DNA of 63,994 nucleotides, taken from contig JAEZKB010000052.1 of NCBI GenBank assembly GCA_023415605.1, positions 1 through 63,994 of the forward strand, in the 5' to 3' direction. Numbering within the stretch: the stretch's first letter is position 1; each line of letters opens with the position of its first letter. This document shows, piece by piece, positions 36,884 to 46,845 of the stretch. The notes under the pieces were generated by a model. It had not been told where the DNA came from, searched no databases, and saw only the letters and a list, made by a program, of their open reading frames with translations. The position numbers and the translations under genes were made by a program. This DNA comes from Pseudomonadota bacterium (GTDB lineage Bacteria > Pseudomonadota > Alphaproteobacteria > Rhizobiales > Devosiaceae).

Positions 36884-38521
36884 ATGCTGGTCTATGGTAA
36901 AGTCGAGACGACCCGCGATGCCGCGGCCTTCCAGGCGGAAATCACTACCGCTCTCCAAGCCCTTGCCGACGCTCCGCCCGGCCTCGAACGGCATGCCCGC
37001 CTCGCCGGGGCTTTCGTTGACGCCGCGGCCCTCATCTGCGCGCTGATCGATCGCGACGCCTCGACCGAACCTGCCGGCATGGCCGCTCTTACCACCCTCG
37101 CCCGCGCTCTCGATGCCTCATGGCGCGGCGCCCCCTTCAACCTTCGTACCGCCATCGCCCGCCTCACGGCCCTGCCGGTGACCGGCACAATCCAGACGAA
37201 ACCCACCGAAGGCTACGCGTTCTACGGCCTCTACCCCGAGTCCTACGCCGAAGCGGCGCGTCGCTCCGGCCTGCCGCCGACGACCCGCGTCATCGGCATT
37301 CGCAGCATCGGTGCCGGCCTCGCCGCCATGGTCGCCGCCGCGCTGAATTCACCGGATCCGCTGACCGTCCGCCCCGGCGGCCACCCCTTTGACCGCCGTA
37401 TCGAGCCCAGCCCTGAGCTCGCCTCGGCGATGCTCGCCGGTGACCCGCCCGCCTTCGCCGTGGTCGACGAAGGCCCCGGCCTCTCCGGCAGTTCCTTCCT
37501 CAGCGTTGTCGAATGGCTGATGGACCATGGCGTCCCCCGCGGCCGCATCCATCTCTTCCCCAGCCATCCAAACGGACCGGGCACCGAGGCAGGTGACCAA
37601 CGCCGTAACCTCTGGCACACCCTCCAATGGCACGTGGCCGATTTCGACCCCACCATCACGACCCACCTCCCCGCCTGGATCGCCGCCCGTATCGGCCCTC
37701 TCGCTGCCCCCCTCCGCGACATCTCCGGCGGCCAATGGCAATCGCTGACCCATAGCACCGCCCCCACCGCCCCCGGAGTCGAACGCCGCAAATATCTTGC
37801 TGAAACCGCCTCCGGTCGCTGGCTGGTAAAATTCGCCGGCCTGGGCTCAGTCGGCGAACACAAACTCGCCCTCGCCCGAAAACTCTACGCCGCCGGTTTC
37901 GCCCCAGAACCCACCGGCCTCGCCTACGGCTTCCTCCTTCAGCGCTGGCTCGACGCGCCAGACCTCACCCGCGCACCGATGCAGATGGGGGCGCTCATGC
38001 CACGGCTTGTGGCCTATCTTGCGTTCCGCGCAACCCTCGCCGCTCCGCACGACGCCGGCGCCACCTTGGATACCCTGGCCAACATGGCGATCTACAACAC
38101 CGCCCAGGCCCTCGGCGAACTTGCCTCGAGCGCCATGCGCACTCGCCTCGAACTGAATCGACCATCCGGTTCACCGCATCGCGTATGGATCGATGCCCGC
38201 CTGCATCCCTGGGAATGGCTCAACATCAATGGCCACCCGATCAAGACCGACGCACTTGATCACGCCACCGCGCATGATTTCATCGGCGCCCAACCCATCG
38301 AGTGGGACCTCGCCGGAGCCATCGTCGAACACGACCTTGACGCCGAACTGCTGCCGGCCGCCTTCGAGACCGCCACCGGCACCCAAGTAGACCGCCGTCT
38401 ACTGGAGTATGTCACCGGCTGCTATCTGAGCTTCCAGCTTGGCCATTGGACGATGTTGGGCAACGAGCCGTACGCGCCCGCCCGCTACCGTGATAAACTC
38501 GCGGTCTGGCTTGAGCTCTGA
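36884..38521 (+). CDS. Hypothetical protein with PRTase-like and kinase-like regions
   Basis: EGYAFYGLYPESY, GIRSIG, AVVDEGPGLSGSSF; C-terminal WLVKFAG, DARLHPWEW, KTDALDH, WDLAG. Confidence 0.75.
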   Translation: MLVYGKVETTRDAAAFQAEITTALQALADAPPGLERHARLAGAFVDAAALICALIDRDASTEPAGMAALTTLARALDASWRGAPFNLRTAIARLTALPVTGTIQTKPTEGYAFYGLYPESYAEAARRSGLPPTTRVIGIRSIGAGLAAMVAAALNSPDPLTVRPGGHPFDRRIEPSPELASAMLAGDPPAFAVVDEGPGLSGSSFLSVVEWLMDHGVPRGRIHLFPSHPNGPGTEAGDQRRNLWHTLQWHVADFDPTITTHLPAWIAARIGPLAAPLRDISGGQWQSLTHSTAPTAPGVERRKYLAETASGRWLVKFAGLGSVGEHKLALARKLYAAGFAPEPTGLAYGFLLQRWLDAPDLTRAPMQMGALMPRLVAYLAFRATLAAPHDAGATLDTLANMAIYNTAQALGELASSAMRTRLELNRPSGSPHRVWIDARLHPWEWLNINGHPIKTDALDHATAHDFIGAQPIEWDLAGAIVEHDLDAELLPAAFETATGTQVDRRLLEYVTGCYLSFQLGHWTMLGNEPYAPARYRDKLAVWLEL

Positions 38522-39501
38522 TCGAACATAACGAAAGCCTTCACGAACCCGTCTGGCCGGTCGCGCGTCGCATTCAGCGCATCGTCCAGCTGTTCAAGCG
38601 CATAGCTATGCGTATAGAGCGGCGTCGGATCCAGACGGCCCGACGTCACCGCCTCGACCGCATCACGAATCCCCTGCACGTAAATGGCCGGATCCCGCTC
38701 ATGCGCATTGATTACGTCGATCCCCCGCCAGTTCCACATCTGCATGTTGACCTGCCGCGGTCCGTCCTGATGATAGCCGGCAATGATCAGCTTGCCGCGC
38801 TCGCGCGTCAGCTCCGCCGCGAGGTCGAGCGGCCACTGCTTGCCCACCGCCTCGATCACCCGATCGCACATCACCTCGCCGGTTAATTCCTTCACCCGCG
38901 CGATGATCTGCCAGTGGTTGTCCATCGGGATGGTCTCGTGCGCCCCCATGATTTTCGCCAGTTCAAGCGAGAACGGTCGCCGCGAAATGGCAATCACACG
39001 CGCCCCGGCCTTGGCCGCCAGTTGCGTCAGCAGCGCGCCCAGAAAGCCGATGCCCACAATAGCGACAGTCTGCCCCGCAGCTATGTCGGCGCGGCGGAAG
39101 ATATTCATGGCACAGCCCAGCGGTTCGCCCGGAAACGGCTGCCCGTCCAACACCGCGGGCAACTTCACCACCTCTGCCGCATCAGCCACGTCGTAGCCCG
39201 CATAACTGTGGTAGGAGAGCGCCGCGACCCGATCGCCTGGCTTGAAATCCGCAACCTTGGGACCCACGGCGTCTATCCGGCCCCAGCCTTCGTGGCCGAG
39301 ACCGCCGGGTTCGGTGGGGAACTTCATCCACTCCGGCCCGGCCCAAGGTCCGAGGTTCGAGGCACAGACGCCGCAGCCTTCGAGCTTCACCCGCACTTGG
39401 CCCGGCCCGGGCTCTGGAACATCGACGTTGTCGACTCGCATCGTTCCGGCGCCGGTCACCACGGCCGCCTGCATGCTGCGCGATGTGACATCCTCGATCA
39501 T
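38485..39501 (-). CDS. Zinc-binding polyol dehydrogenase (MDR)
   Basis: [25 protein letters not shown]. Confidence 0.9.
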   Translation of the reverse strand: MIEDVTSRSMQAAVVTGAGTMRVDNVDVPEPGPGQVRVKLEGCGVCASNLGPWAGPEWMKFPTEPGGLGHEGWGRIDAVGPKVADFKPGDRVAALSYHSYAGYDVADAAEVVKLPAVLDGQPFPGEPLGCAMNIFRRADIAAGQTVAIVGIGFLGALLTQLAAKAGARVIAISRRPFSLELAKIMGAHETIPMDNHWQIIARVKELTGEVMCDRVIEAVGKQWPLDLAAELTRERGKLIIAGYHQDGPRQVNMQMWNWRGIDVINAHERDPAIYVQGIRDAVEAVTSGRLDPTPLYTHSYALEQLDDALNATRDRPDGFVKAFVMFDQSSSQTASLSR

Positions 39502-39776
39502 TTGCCACCCTTCGAGTCGCGCTCGACGAATTTGTTGAATCGGCTCGTGCTGCCGTCCGCCGTCTTGTCCTGGTACAGGAAGGCCAGCTTGTTCTCGTCG
39601 AACACCGCGAAGAACTCGTCCCAGCTCACCTCTTCGAGGTTCTCTTCCGGCTCGCCGAAATCAATGCGCAGCACGCCGCCTTTGCCTTTGGTCTTCACCA
39701 TCGACGGATGCCCGTCGCGCGCCTCGGCCCACTTGCGGATTTCGTCATGATCGGTCGTCGTGTTGGAACTGCTCAT
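39498..39776 (-). CDS. Small acidic hypothetical protein
   Basis: [52 protein letters not shown] overlap. Confidence 0.85.
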   Translation of the reverse strand: MSSSNTTTDHDEIRKWAEARDGHPSMVKTKGKGGVLRIDFGEPEENLEEVSWDEFFAVFDENKLAFLYQDKTADGSTSRFNKFVERDSKGGK

Positions 39777-39809
39777 GGTTCGTCTCCTTCTTCTCGCGTG
39801 CCGCCCGGC

Positions 39810-41183
39810 TCAGGCAGGCGACGCCACTACCCTGATCCCTGCTCCCGCACCGGCCGCACCTAGAGGCATGCGTCGCAGCGGAGCGTCATGAACCGCGCCG
39901 CGGCCCACTGCCATCAACCGAAGCCCGCTGGCCTCTGCCTGCCCGGCGTCCAGCAGGTTGCGGCAATCGAAGATCGTATTTCCGGTCATCAGGCCCGCCA
40001 GCTGATCGAGATCGAGCGACCGGTATTCGTCCCATTCGGTAAGGATCACGACGAGGTCGGCGCCGTCGGCCGCCGCGTAGGGTGTCGCGCACCAGCGCGC
40101 ACCGGGCAGCTCTACCCGGGCCTTTGGATCATGCAGCGTTACCTCGCAGCCCGCCTCCGCCAGCAGTGGCACAATGCTCAGCGCTGCCGCCTCCCGCACA
40201 TCATCCGTATTGCCCTTGAAGGCGACCCCCAGCACGGCAACGCGCGTGCCGCTGACGACGCCCACCTCTTCGAGAATGCGGCGCGCGATGGCTTCCTTGC
40301 GGTCGTCGTTGCGCTCAATCAGTGTCTCGATGATCCGCTGCGGCGCGCCACGCTGCCGCCCAAGCGCCGCCAGCGCCCGCGTGTCCTTTGGGAAACACGA
40401 GCCGCCGAAGCCTGGACCGGCGGCAAGGAAGGCCGATCCGATCCGCCGGTCGAGCCCGATGCCCTTGGCGACCGCACCCACATCGCCACCGACCACTTCG
40501 CAAAGGTCGGCCACCTCGTTGATGAAACCGATCTTCAGTGCCAGCAGCGCATTGGCCGCATACTTGATCAGTTCCGCATTGGTGGTGCTCGTCGTCAGCC
40601 AGTTTGCCCCGTCGGCAATCAGCCGCGCGTAGATTGCCTTCAGCACCCGTGCCGCGCCGGGATCGTCGGCACCGATGACGATGCGATCGGGACACATGAA
40701 GTCGCCCACGGCCGAGCCTTCGCGCAGGAACTCTGGGTTCGAGGCGACCGAAAAGTCCAGTCCACCCCGCGTCTCGGCAATGATCTCGCGCAGCCGCCTC
40801 GCGGTGCCAGCAACCACGGTGGATTTGACCACCACGATGGCATCGCGCCGCATCGGCTTGGCGATCTGCTGTGCCGCGCGTTCAATGTAGGAGAGATCCA
40901 CCGACCCATCAGGTCGCGACGGTGTCCCTACGGCAAGAAAGATCGCATCTGCCTCCGCCGCAGCCCGGCTTACATCTGATGAAAAGGTGAGACGGTCCTC
41001 GATCCGGTTACGGGCGATGACTGCATCCAGACCCGGTTCATAGATCGGCAGATGGCCGGCTCCGAGCTCTTCGACTCGCCGCTGGTCGACATCCACACAG
41101 ACTACGGAATGCCCCAGGTCGGCGAGACATGCCCCTGTCGTCAGGCCCACGTAACCCGCTCCGATCATTGCGATTTTCATCAT
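39810..41183 (-). CDS. ugd: UDP-glucose 6-dehydrogenase
   Basis: GAGYVG, AVGTP, KSTV, SNPEFLREG, GFGGSCFPKD, FKGNTDDVRE. Confidence 0.95.
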   Translation of the reverse strand: MMKIAMIGAGYVGLTTGACLADLGHSVVCVDVDQRRVEELGAGHLPIYEPGLDAVIARNRIEDRLTFSSDVSRAAAEADAIFLAVGTPSRPDGSVDLSYIERAAQQIAKPMRRDAIVVVKSTVVAGTARRLREIIAETRGGLDFSVASNPEFLREGSAVGDFMCPDRIVIGADDPGAARVLKAIYARLIADGANWLTTSTTNAELIKYAANALLALKIGFINEVADLCEVVGGDVGAVAKGIGLDRRIGSAFLAAGPGFGGSCFPKDTRALAALGRQRGAPQRIIETLIERNDDRKEAIARRILEEVGVVSGTRVAVLGVAFKGNTDDVREAAALSIVPLLAEAGCEVTLHDPKARVELPGARWCATPYAAADGADLVVILTEWDEYRSLDLDQLAGLMTGNTIFDCRNLLDAGQAEASGLRLMAVGRGAVHDAPLRRMPLGAAGAGAGIRVVASPA

Positions 41184-41232
41184 ACTCTCCGGTGCTGTCG
41201 GGTGGGGAAGGCAAGCTACTTACGTGAGAGGC

Positions 41233-41257
41233 AACTTAGCTTTTCTCATGCAGTTCC
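41233..41257 (-). promoter_or_regulatory. EcfG-type promoter for the ugd operon
   Basis: GGAAC-N16-AGTT. Confidence 0.7.
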
Positions 41258-41306
41258 GGCTCGCTAAGCATCGATCGCGGCCTTCGGAATCAGGCCATCT
41301 CGGGCT

Positions 41307-41331
41307 GGAACCCGATTAAGGTAAGTAGATT
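41307..41331 (+). promoter_or_regulatory. Variant EcfG-type promoter for the epimerase-GT operon
   Basis: GGAAC-N16-GATT. Confidence 0.5.
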
Positions 41332-41365
41332 GCAACCCCTGTCCTCAGATGACGCGGGGTGAGAA

Positions 41366-42472
41366 GTGACACGTATTCTGGTAACCGGCGGCTGCGGTTT
41401 TATCGGCCGCCATGTCGCCCAAGAACTACTTGAACATCAGTATGAAGTTCGTCTCCTCGACTGCTTTGTCGAGCAGGTTCACAACGGCACGCGTCCCGAT
41501 ATTCCTGCGGGCGCCGAGCTGGTAGTCGCCGACGTGCGCGACAAGCAACAGGTGACCGCAGCCCTCTCTGGCATTGACGCTGTGATCCACCTCGCTGCCG
41601 AGGTTGGCGTCGGTCAATCCATGTATGAGATCGCCCGCTATGTTGGCGGCAACGATCTTGGTACCGCGGTCCTTCTCGAGGCGATGATCGGTACCCCGAT
41701 CAGGCGGATCGTCGTCGCCTCATCGATGAGCGTCTACGGTGAGGGCCTCTATGCCGATTCAGATGGGACCCGCTATTCGCGCGTCCGTCGCCGCACCGAT
41801 CTGATCAAGTCCGGTCGATGGAATCCGCTTGCCGACAACGGCGCTGAACTGATCCCCGTCGCCACCGACGAAGACAAGCCTGTCGATCTGGCCTCGATTT
41901 ACGCACTCACCAAATTCGCGCAGGAGCGCGAGGTGCTGATCTTCGGCGAGGCCTATAATGTCGATGCCGTTGCGCTACGCCTCTTCAACGTCTTCGGTCC
42001 GGGGCAGGCGCTATCCAATCCCTATACTGGCGTTCTCGCCAACTTTGCCTCGCGGCTCGCGAACGGCCAGGCGCCCATGATCTTTGAGGATGGCGAACAA
42101 CAACGCGACTTCGTTCACGTTCGCGACGTCGCCCGCGCCTTTCGTCTCGCGCTCGAGAAGCCCCAGGCTGCCGGCCACGTCATCAATGTCGGCAGCGGTG
42201 AGGCTTACGCCATTCGCGAGGTTGCGGAGCTACTTGCCGATGCCATGGGCGTTCCGCATATCGCGCCCGAGATCATGCAGAAGGCGCGCTCCGGCGATAT
42301 TCGCAACTGCTTTGCCGACATCTCCCGCGCGCGGGAACTGCTGGGCTACGAACCGCAGTTCCGGCTCGAACACACGCTCGACGAAATCGTCGACTGGGTG
42401 CGCGAAGTTGGCGCCATCGATCGCGGTGCGGAGATGAAGCGCGAACTCGAGGCGCGGGGGCTGGTCTCATGA
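41366..42472 (+). CDS. NAD-dependent sugar epimerase/dehydratase
   Basis: TGGCGFIG, HLAAEVGVGQS, YALTK, LSNPYTG, RDFVHV. Confidence 0.92.
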   Translation: MTRILVTGGCGFIGRHVAQELLEHQYEVRLLDCFVEQVHNGTRPDIPAGAELVVADVRDKQQVTAALSGIDAVIHLAAEVGVGQSMYEIARYVGGNDLGTAVLLEAMIGTPIRRIVVASSMSVYGEGLYADSDGTRYSRVRRRTDLIKSGRWNPLADNGAELIPVATDEDKPVDLASIYALTKFAQEREVLIFGEAYNVDAVALRLFNVFGPGQALSNPYTGVLANFASRLANGQAPMIFEDGEQQRDFVHVRDVARAFRLALEKPQAAGHVINVGSGEAYAIREVAELLADAMGVPHIAPEIMQKARSGDIRNCFADISRARELLGYEPQFRLEHTLDEIVDWVREVGAIDRGAEMKRELEARGLVS

Positions 42473-43539
42473 GCAAGTCCACGCGCGACCGGTCCAACAT
42501 CCTCGTCATTGGCGGGGCGGGCTTCATCGGCTCCAATCTCGCCCACGGCCTTCTCGCTGATGGCTACCACGTCACCGTCTTCGACAATCTCAGTCGCCCT
42601 GGGGTTGAGCGGAATCTCGATTGGTTGCGCCGCGATGCGGGTGACCGTCTGCACTTCATCCGTGGCGACATTCGCGATGCGGCCGCCGTCTCTACCGCCG
42701 TCAGCGATGTCACCGCAGTCTATCATCTCGCCGCTCAGACCGCCGTCACGACCAGCCTCGAAGACCCACGGGACGATTTCTCCATCAATGCCCAGGGCAC
42801 CCTTAACGTGCTCGAAGCCATGCGCCGCACCGGCCGCAAGGTCCCGGTCATCTTTTCGAGCACCAATAAGGTCTATGGCAGCCTCGGCGATATGGCCGTG
42901 AGGGAGCAAGATGGCCGCTATCTCCCCGCCGACGCGCACCTCAGAGCCCACGGTATCGGCGAGGATCGCCCCCTCGATTTCTGCACCCCCTATGGTTGCT
43001 CCAAAGGCGTCGCCGATCAGTATGTCCTCGATTATGCCACCTCCTATGGCCTGCCCACCGCTGTACTGCGCATGAGTTGCATCTACGGTCCGCGCCAGTT
43101 CGGAACCGAAGATCAGGGCTGGGTCGCGCATTTCCTTATCGCCGCCCTCAAGGGCCAGCCCATCAACGTCTATGGCGATGGCAAGCAGGTGCGCGACATA
43201 CTCTTTGTGGACGACGCGATCGCTGCCTATCGTGCCGTTCTCGCCAATATCGGTACCGTTGCCGGCCGCGCTTTCAATCTGGGGGGCGGGCCGGGCAACG
43301 ACGTGAGTGTCAACCAGGTCCTCGCCGAAATCGCGCGCGTCACCGGGCGCGACCTCGACATTGCTCGCGGCCCCTGGCGCCAAGGTGATCAACACTATTT
43401 CGTCGCCGACACCCGCCGCCTGCAGAACGAACTCGGCTGGCAGCCGCGCACCGATTGGCGCAGCGGCATCGCTCGCCTGTTGGATTGGCTCGTCCAAGAA
43501 CGTGTCGCTACCCGCGCCACGCAGAGGGCGGTCGCGTGA
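42469..43539 (+). CDS. NAD-dependent epimerase (CDP-paratose/tyvelose epimerase-like)
   Basis: GGAGFIG, SSTNKVYG, PYGCSK, RMSCIYG, EDQGWVAHF. Confidence 0.9.
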   Translation: MSKSTRDRSNILVIGGAGFIGSNLAHGLLADGYHVTVFDNLSRPGVERNLDWLRRDAGDRLHFIRGDIRDAAAVSTAVSDVTAVYHLAAQTAVTTSLEDPRDDFSINAQGTLNVLEAMRRTGRKVPVIFSSTNKVYGSLGDMAVREQDGRYLPADAHLRAHGIGEDRPLDFCTPYGCSKGVADQYVLDYATSYGLPTAVLRMSCIYGPRQFGTEDQGWVAHFLIAALKGQPINVYGDGKQVRDILFVDDAIAAYRAVLANIGTVAGRAFNLGGGPGNDVSVNQVLAEIARVTGRDLDIARGPWRQGDQHYFVADTRRLQNELGWQPRTDWRSGIARLLDWLVQERVATRATQRAVA

Positions 43540-44633
43540 CGGCGCCAGTCCGCCGCCTGCTGATGACGGTCGATGCAGTCGGGGGCGTCTGGCGCTACGC
43601 CATGGACCTTGCCGTCGGTCTCCAGCAGCAGGGTTCCCAGATCACCTTCGCCTGCTTCGGCCCGCCGCCCTCGCCCGGGCAGATCGCCGAGGCCCAGCGC
43701 ATCGGCGAGATCATCCGGGGCGACGCTCCCCTCGACTGGACCGCTGTGGACGCGCGCGACCTAGAACATGTCCCGGATCTCATCGCCAAGCTTGCCGCCG
43801 GCACCAGCGCCGACCTCATCCACCTTAACCTGCCCTCGCAGGCCGCTGGCCTCGCAGTCGACGTTCCGGTGGTGGTCGTCTCGCATTCCTGCGTCGTCAC
43901 TTGGTTTCGCGCCGTGCGCGGCACCCCGGTGCACCCTGACTGGCAGTGGCAGCACGACCTCAATCAGGCCGGCTTCGATGCCGCCAATATCATCGTCGCC
44001 CCGAGCCAAAGTCACGCCGACCTGCTGTCAGATTGCTACGATCGCGTCGGCTCTATCAACGTAGTGCACAATTCGGTTCGGCCTCTCGCCGAAAGTCAGG
44101 TTCATCTGCCGTTCATCATTGCGGCAGGCAGATGGTGGGACGAGGGGAAGAACGCCCGCACTCTTGACGCCGCTGCCCTTGATTGCCGCTGGCCCATTCG
44201 TATGGTCGGTAGCCAGCGTGGACCGAATGGCCAGTTCCAGGCCATTGAAAACGCCGACTACCTCGGCGAACTACCGAGTGCCGAGCTCCGCCGCCTGATG
44301 GCACAGGCCGCGATCTTTGTCTCCCCTTCGATCTACGAACCTTTTGGCCTTGCACCCCTCGAAGCCGCCAGCGCTGCCCGCCCTCTCCTTCTCTCCGACA
44401 TCCCGACCTATCGGGAGCTCTGGGACGGCGCCGCGCTCTTTGCTGACGCTGGAAATCCTCGTGAATTCAGTACTTGGCTGAATCGGCTCAGTGAGGACGA
44501 CGGCCTCCGCGCCGACCTCGGCCAGCGCGCAAAATCTCGCGCCGCCACCTTCACCATCACCCGTCAGGTGGAGGCCATGTCGGCGCTCTACTCCGCCGCT
44601 CTCGCACAAGTAAATCGTTGGGCCATGGCATGA
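43536..44633 (+). CDS. Glycosyltransferase family 4
   Basis: DAVGGVWRY, AGRWWDEGKN, YEPFGLAPLEAA. Confidence 0.92.
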   Translation: MTAPVRRLLMTVDAVGGVWRYAMDLAVGLQQQGSQITFACFGPPPSPGQIAEAQRIGEIIRGDAPLDWTAVDARDLEHVPDLIAKLAAGTSADLIHLNLPSQAAGLAVDVPVVVVSHSCVVTWFRAVRGTPVHPDWQWQHDLNQAGFDAANIIVAPSQSHADLLSDCYDRVGSINVVHNSVRPLAESQVHLPFIIAAGRWWDEGKNARTLDAAALDCRWPIRMVGSQRGPNGQFQAIENADYLGELPSAELRRLMAQAAIFVSPSIYEPFGLAPLEAASAARPLLLSDIPTYRELWDGAALFADAGNPREFSTWLNRLSEDDGLRADLGQRAKSRAATFTITRQVEAMSALYSAALAQVNRWAMA

Positions 44634-45757
44634 AATTTGTCTTCTACACCCATTCCTTGGTCTCGGACTGGAACCACGGCAACGCCCACTTCCTCCGTGG
44701 CGTCATGCGTGACCTCATCCGCCGCGGCCACACAGCCATCGCGCTCGAGCCCGTCGGCAGCTGGAGCCGCCAAAATCTGTTAGCCGATCAAGGTCCTACG
44801 GCCGTCGCCCGCTTCGCCACCGACTTCCCTAGCCTCCGCTCCATCCGGTACGACGCCGGCTTTGACCACGCCGCCGCGCTCGATGATGCCGACGTCGTTG
44901 TCGTTCACGAATGGACCGATCCCTCTCTGGTCGCCCACCTTGGCCGCCTCCGCCAAGAACATGATTTCACGCTGCTTTTCCACGACACGCACCACCGAGC
45001 CGTCTCCGCGACGGGCGAGATCGCCGGCCTGGATCTCTCCGGCTACGACGGCATCCTCGCTTTTGGTGCCACTCTTAAGCATCGCTACGAACGCGCCGGC
45101 TGGGGCCAATCGGTCTTCGTCTGGCACGAAGCCGCCGACGATACCCTCTTCCACCCACAGCCCGACGCCGTAAGGACGGGCGACCTGATCTGGGTCGGTA
45201 ACTGGGGTGACAATGAGCGCAGCGCCGAGATCACCGAGTTCCTCATCGAGCCCGTTGAAACCTTGGACCTGTCCGCCACCATCCGCGGTGTCCGCTATCC
45301 TGATGCAGCCATTGATCGCCTCGGCACCGCGGGCATCCGCTATGGTGGATGGATCGCCAATGCCGATGTGCCGCGGGCCTTCGCGGCTCACCACGTCACC
45401 ATCCACATCCCGCGCCGGCCCTATGTCCAGCAACTCCCCGGCATTCCCACCATCCGTGTCTTTGAGGCGCTCGCCTGCGGCATCCCCCTGATCTCTGCCC
45501 CCTGGGACGATGCCGAGCACCTCTTCCGCCCCAGCCGCGACTTCCTCTTCGCTCGCAGCGGCAAGGAGATGACCAGGCTCCTCCGGGACGTCCTCAACGA
45601 TCCGGCTCTCGCCCAGAGCCTTACGCAGTCGGGCCTCGAAACCGTCGCCGCCCGTCACACTTGCCGCCAACGCGTCGACGAACTCTTCGACATCCTGCGC
45701 CAGGTCGGCACTGCCCGCACCCTCGATGGCGTCGCCCTTCAGGAGGCCGCCCAATGA
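44630..45757 (+). CDS. CgeB-like glycosyltransferase 1
   Basis: SDWNHGNAHFLRG, HDTHHR, IRVFEALACG. Confidence 0.88.
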   Translation: MKFVFYTHSLVSDWNHGNAHFLRGVMRDLIRRGHTAIALEPVGSWSRQNLLADQGPTAVARFATDFPSLRSIRYDAGFDHAAALDDADVVVVHEWTDPSLVAHLGRLRQEHDFTLLFHDTHHRAVSATGEIAGLDLSGYDGILAFGATLKHRYERAGWGQSVFVWHEAADDTLFHPQPDAVRTGDLIWVGNWGDNERSAEITEFLIEPVETLDLSATIRGVRYPDAAIDRLGTAGIRYGGWIANADVPRAFAAHHVTIHIPRRPYVQQLPGIPTIRVFEALACGIPLISAPWDDAEHLFRPSRDFLFARSGKEMTRLLRDVLNDPALAQSLTQSGLETVAARHTCRQRVDELFDILRQVGTARTLDGVALQEAAQ

Positions 45758-46845
45758 AGATCGCTTTTTTCGGCTCGAGCCTGCTCTCCTCCTACTGGAA
45801 TGGCGCCGCAACGTACTATCGCGGCATCCTCAAGGCTTTAGCCGCCCGTGGCTACGACATCACCTTCTACGAACCCGACGTCTACGACCGTCAGCAACAT
45901 CGCGACATCGACCCACCGGACTGGTGCCGGGTCGTCGTCTTTGACGGCACCATCGATGCCATGCGCATTGTTGCCGCCAACGCCGCAAACGCCGACATCG
46001 TCGTCAAAGCCAGCGGCGTGGGTTTCGAAGACGAGGCGCTGCTGCTCGAAGTCCTCCGCCACGCCCGCCCGGATGCCATCAAGGTGTTCTGGGACGTCGA
46101 TGCACCAGCGACCCTCCGCGAACTCCGCGCCGCCCCAGACCACCCGCTGCGGCGCGCTCTGCCCAGTCTCGACCTGGTCCTCACCTATGGGGGCGGTGAT
46201 CCCGTGGTCGCCGCTTATCGCGAGCTTGGCGCCTCGCGATGCGTGCCCATCTACAATGCCCTCGATCCCGAAACCCACCACCCGGTGGGTCCAGACCCGC
46301 GCTTTGCCACCGATCTCGCGTTTCTCGGCAACCGACTGCCCGACCGTGAGGCGCGGGTGGAGGCCTTCTTCCTTGCGCCCGCCGCGATAGTCCCCGAACG
46401 CAGATTCCTGCTCGGCGGCTCCGGCTGGCAGGACAAGTCCATGCCTGCCAACGTCCAGCACATCGGCCATGTCCCTACGGCCGACCACAATACCTTTAAT
46501 TGCACGCCACTCGCCGTGCTCAACATCTCGCGCGACAGCATGGCCGACAACGGTTACTCGCCCGCCACTCGAGTCTTCGAGGCCGCCGGAGCCGGCGCTT
46601 GCCTCATCACCGATGCTTGGGTGGGCATCGACGTCTTCCTCGAGCCCGGTAGCGAAGTGCTCGTCGCGCGCGACGGGCAGGACGTTGCTTCGATCCTTGC
46701 TGGCCTCACCCGCGATGAAGCCTCGGCCATCGGTGCGCGTGCCCTTGCCCGTGTACTCAGCGAGCACACCTACGACCACCGCGCCGCAAAGACAGACCAT
46801 ATCTTCCGGACCTTCGTCCGCTCCAGCATGGAGGCGGCCGAATGA
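45754..46845 (+). CDS. CgeB-like glycosyltransferase 2
   Basis: SSYWNGAATYYRG, WDVDAP, GNRLPDRE, TRVFEAAGAG. Confidence 0.88.
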   Translation: MKIAFFGSSLLSSYWNGAATYYRGILKALAARGYDITFYEPDVYDRQQHRDIDPPDWCRVVVFDGTIDAMRIVAANAANADIVVKASGVGFEDEALLLEVLRHARPDAIKVFWDVDAPATLRELRAAPDHPLRRALPSLDLVLTYGGGDPVVAAYRELGASRCVPIYNALDPETHHPVGPDPRFATDLAFLGNRLPDREARVEAFFLAPAAIVPERRFLLGGSGWQDKSMPANVQHIGHVPTADHNTFNCTPLAVLNISRDSMADNGYSPATRVFEAAGAGACLITDAWVGIDVFLEPGSEVLVARDGQDVASILAGLTRDEASAIGARALARVLSEHTYDHRAAKTDHIFRTFVRSSMEAAE

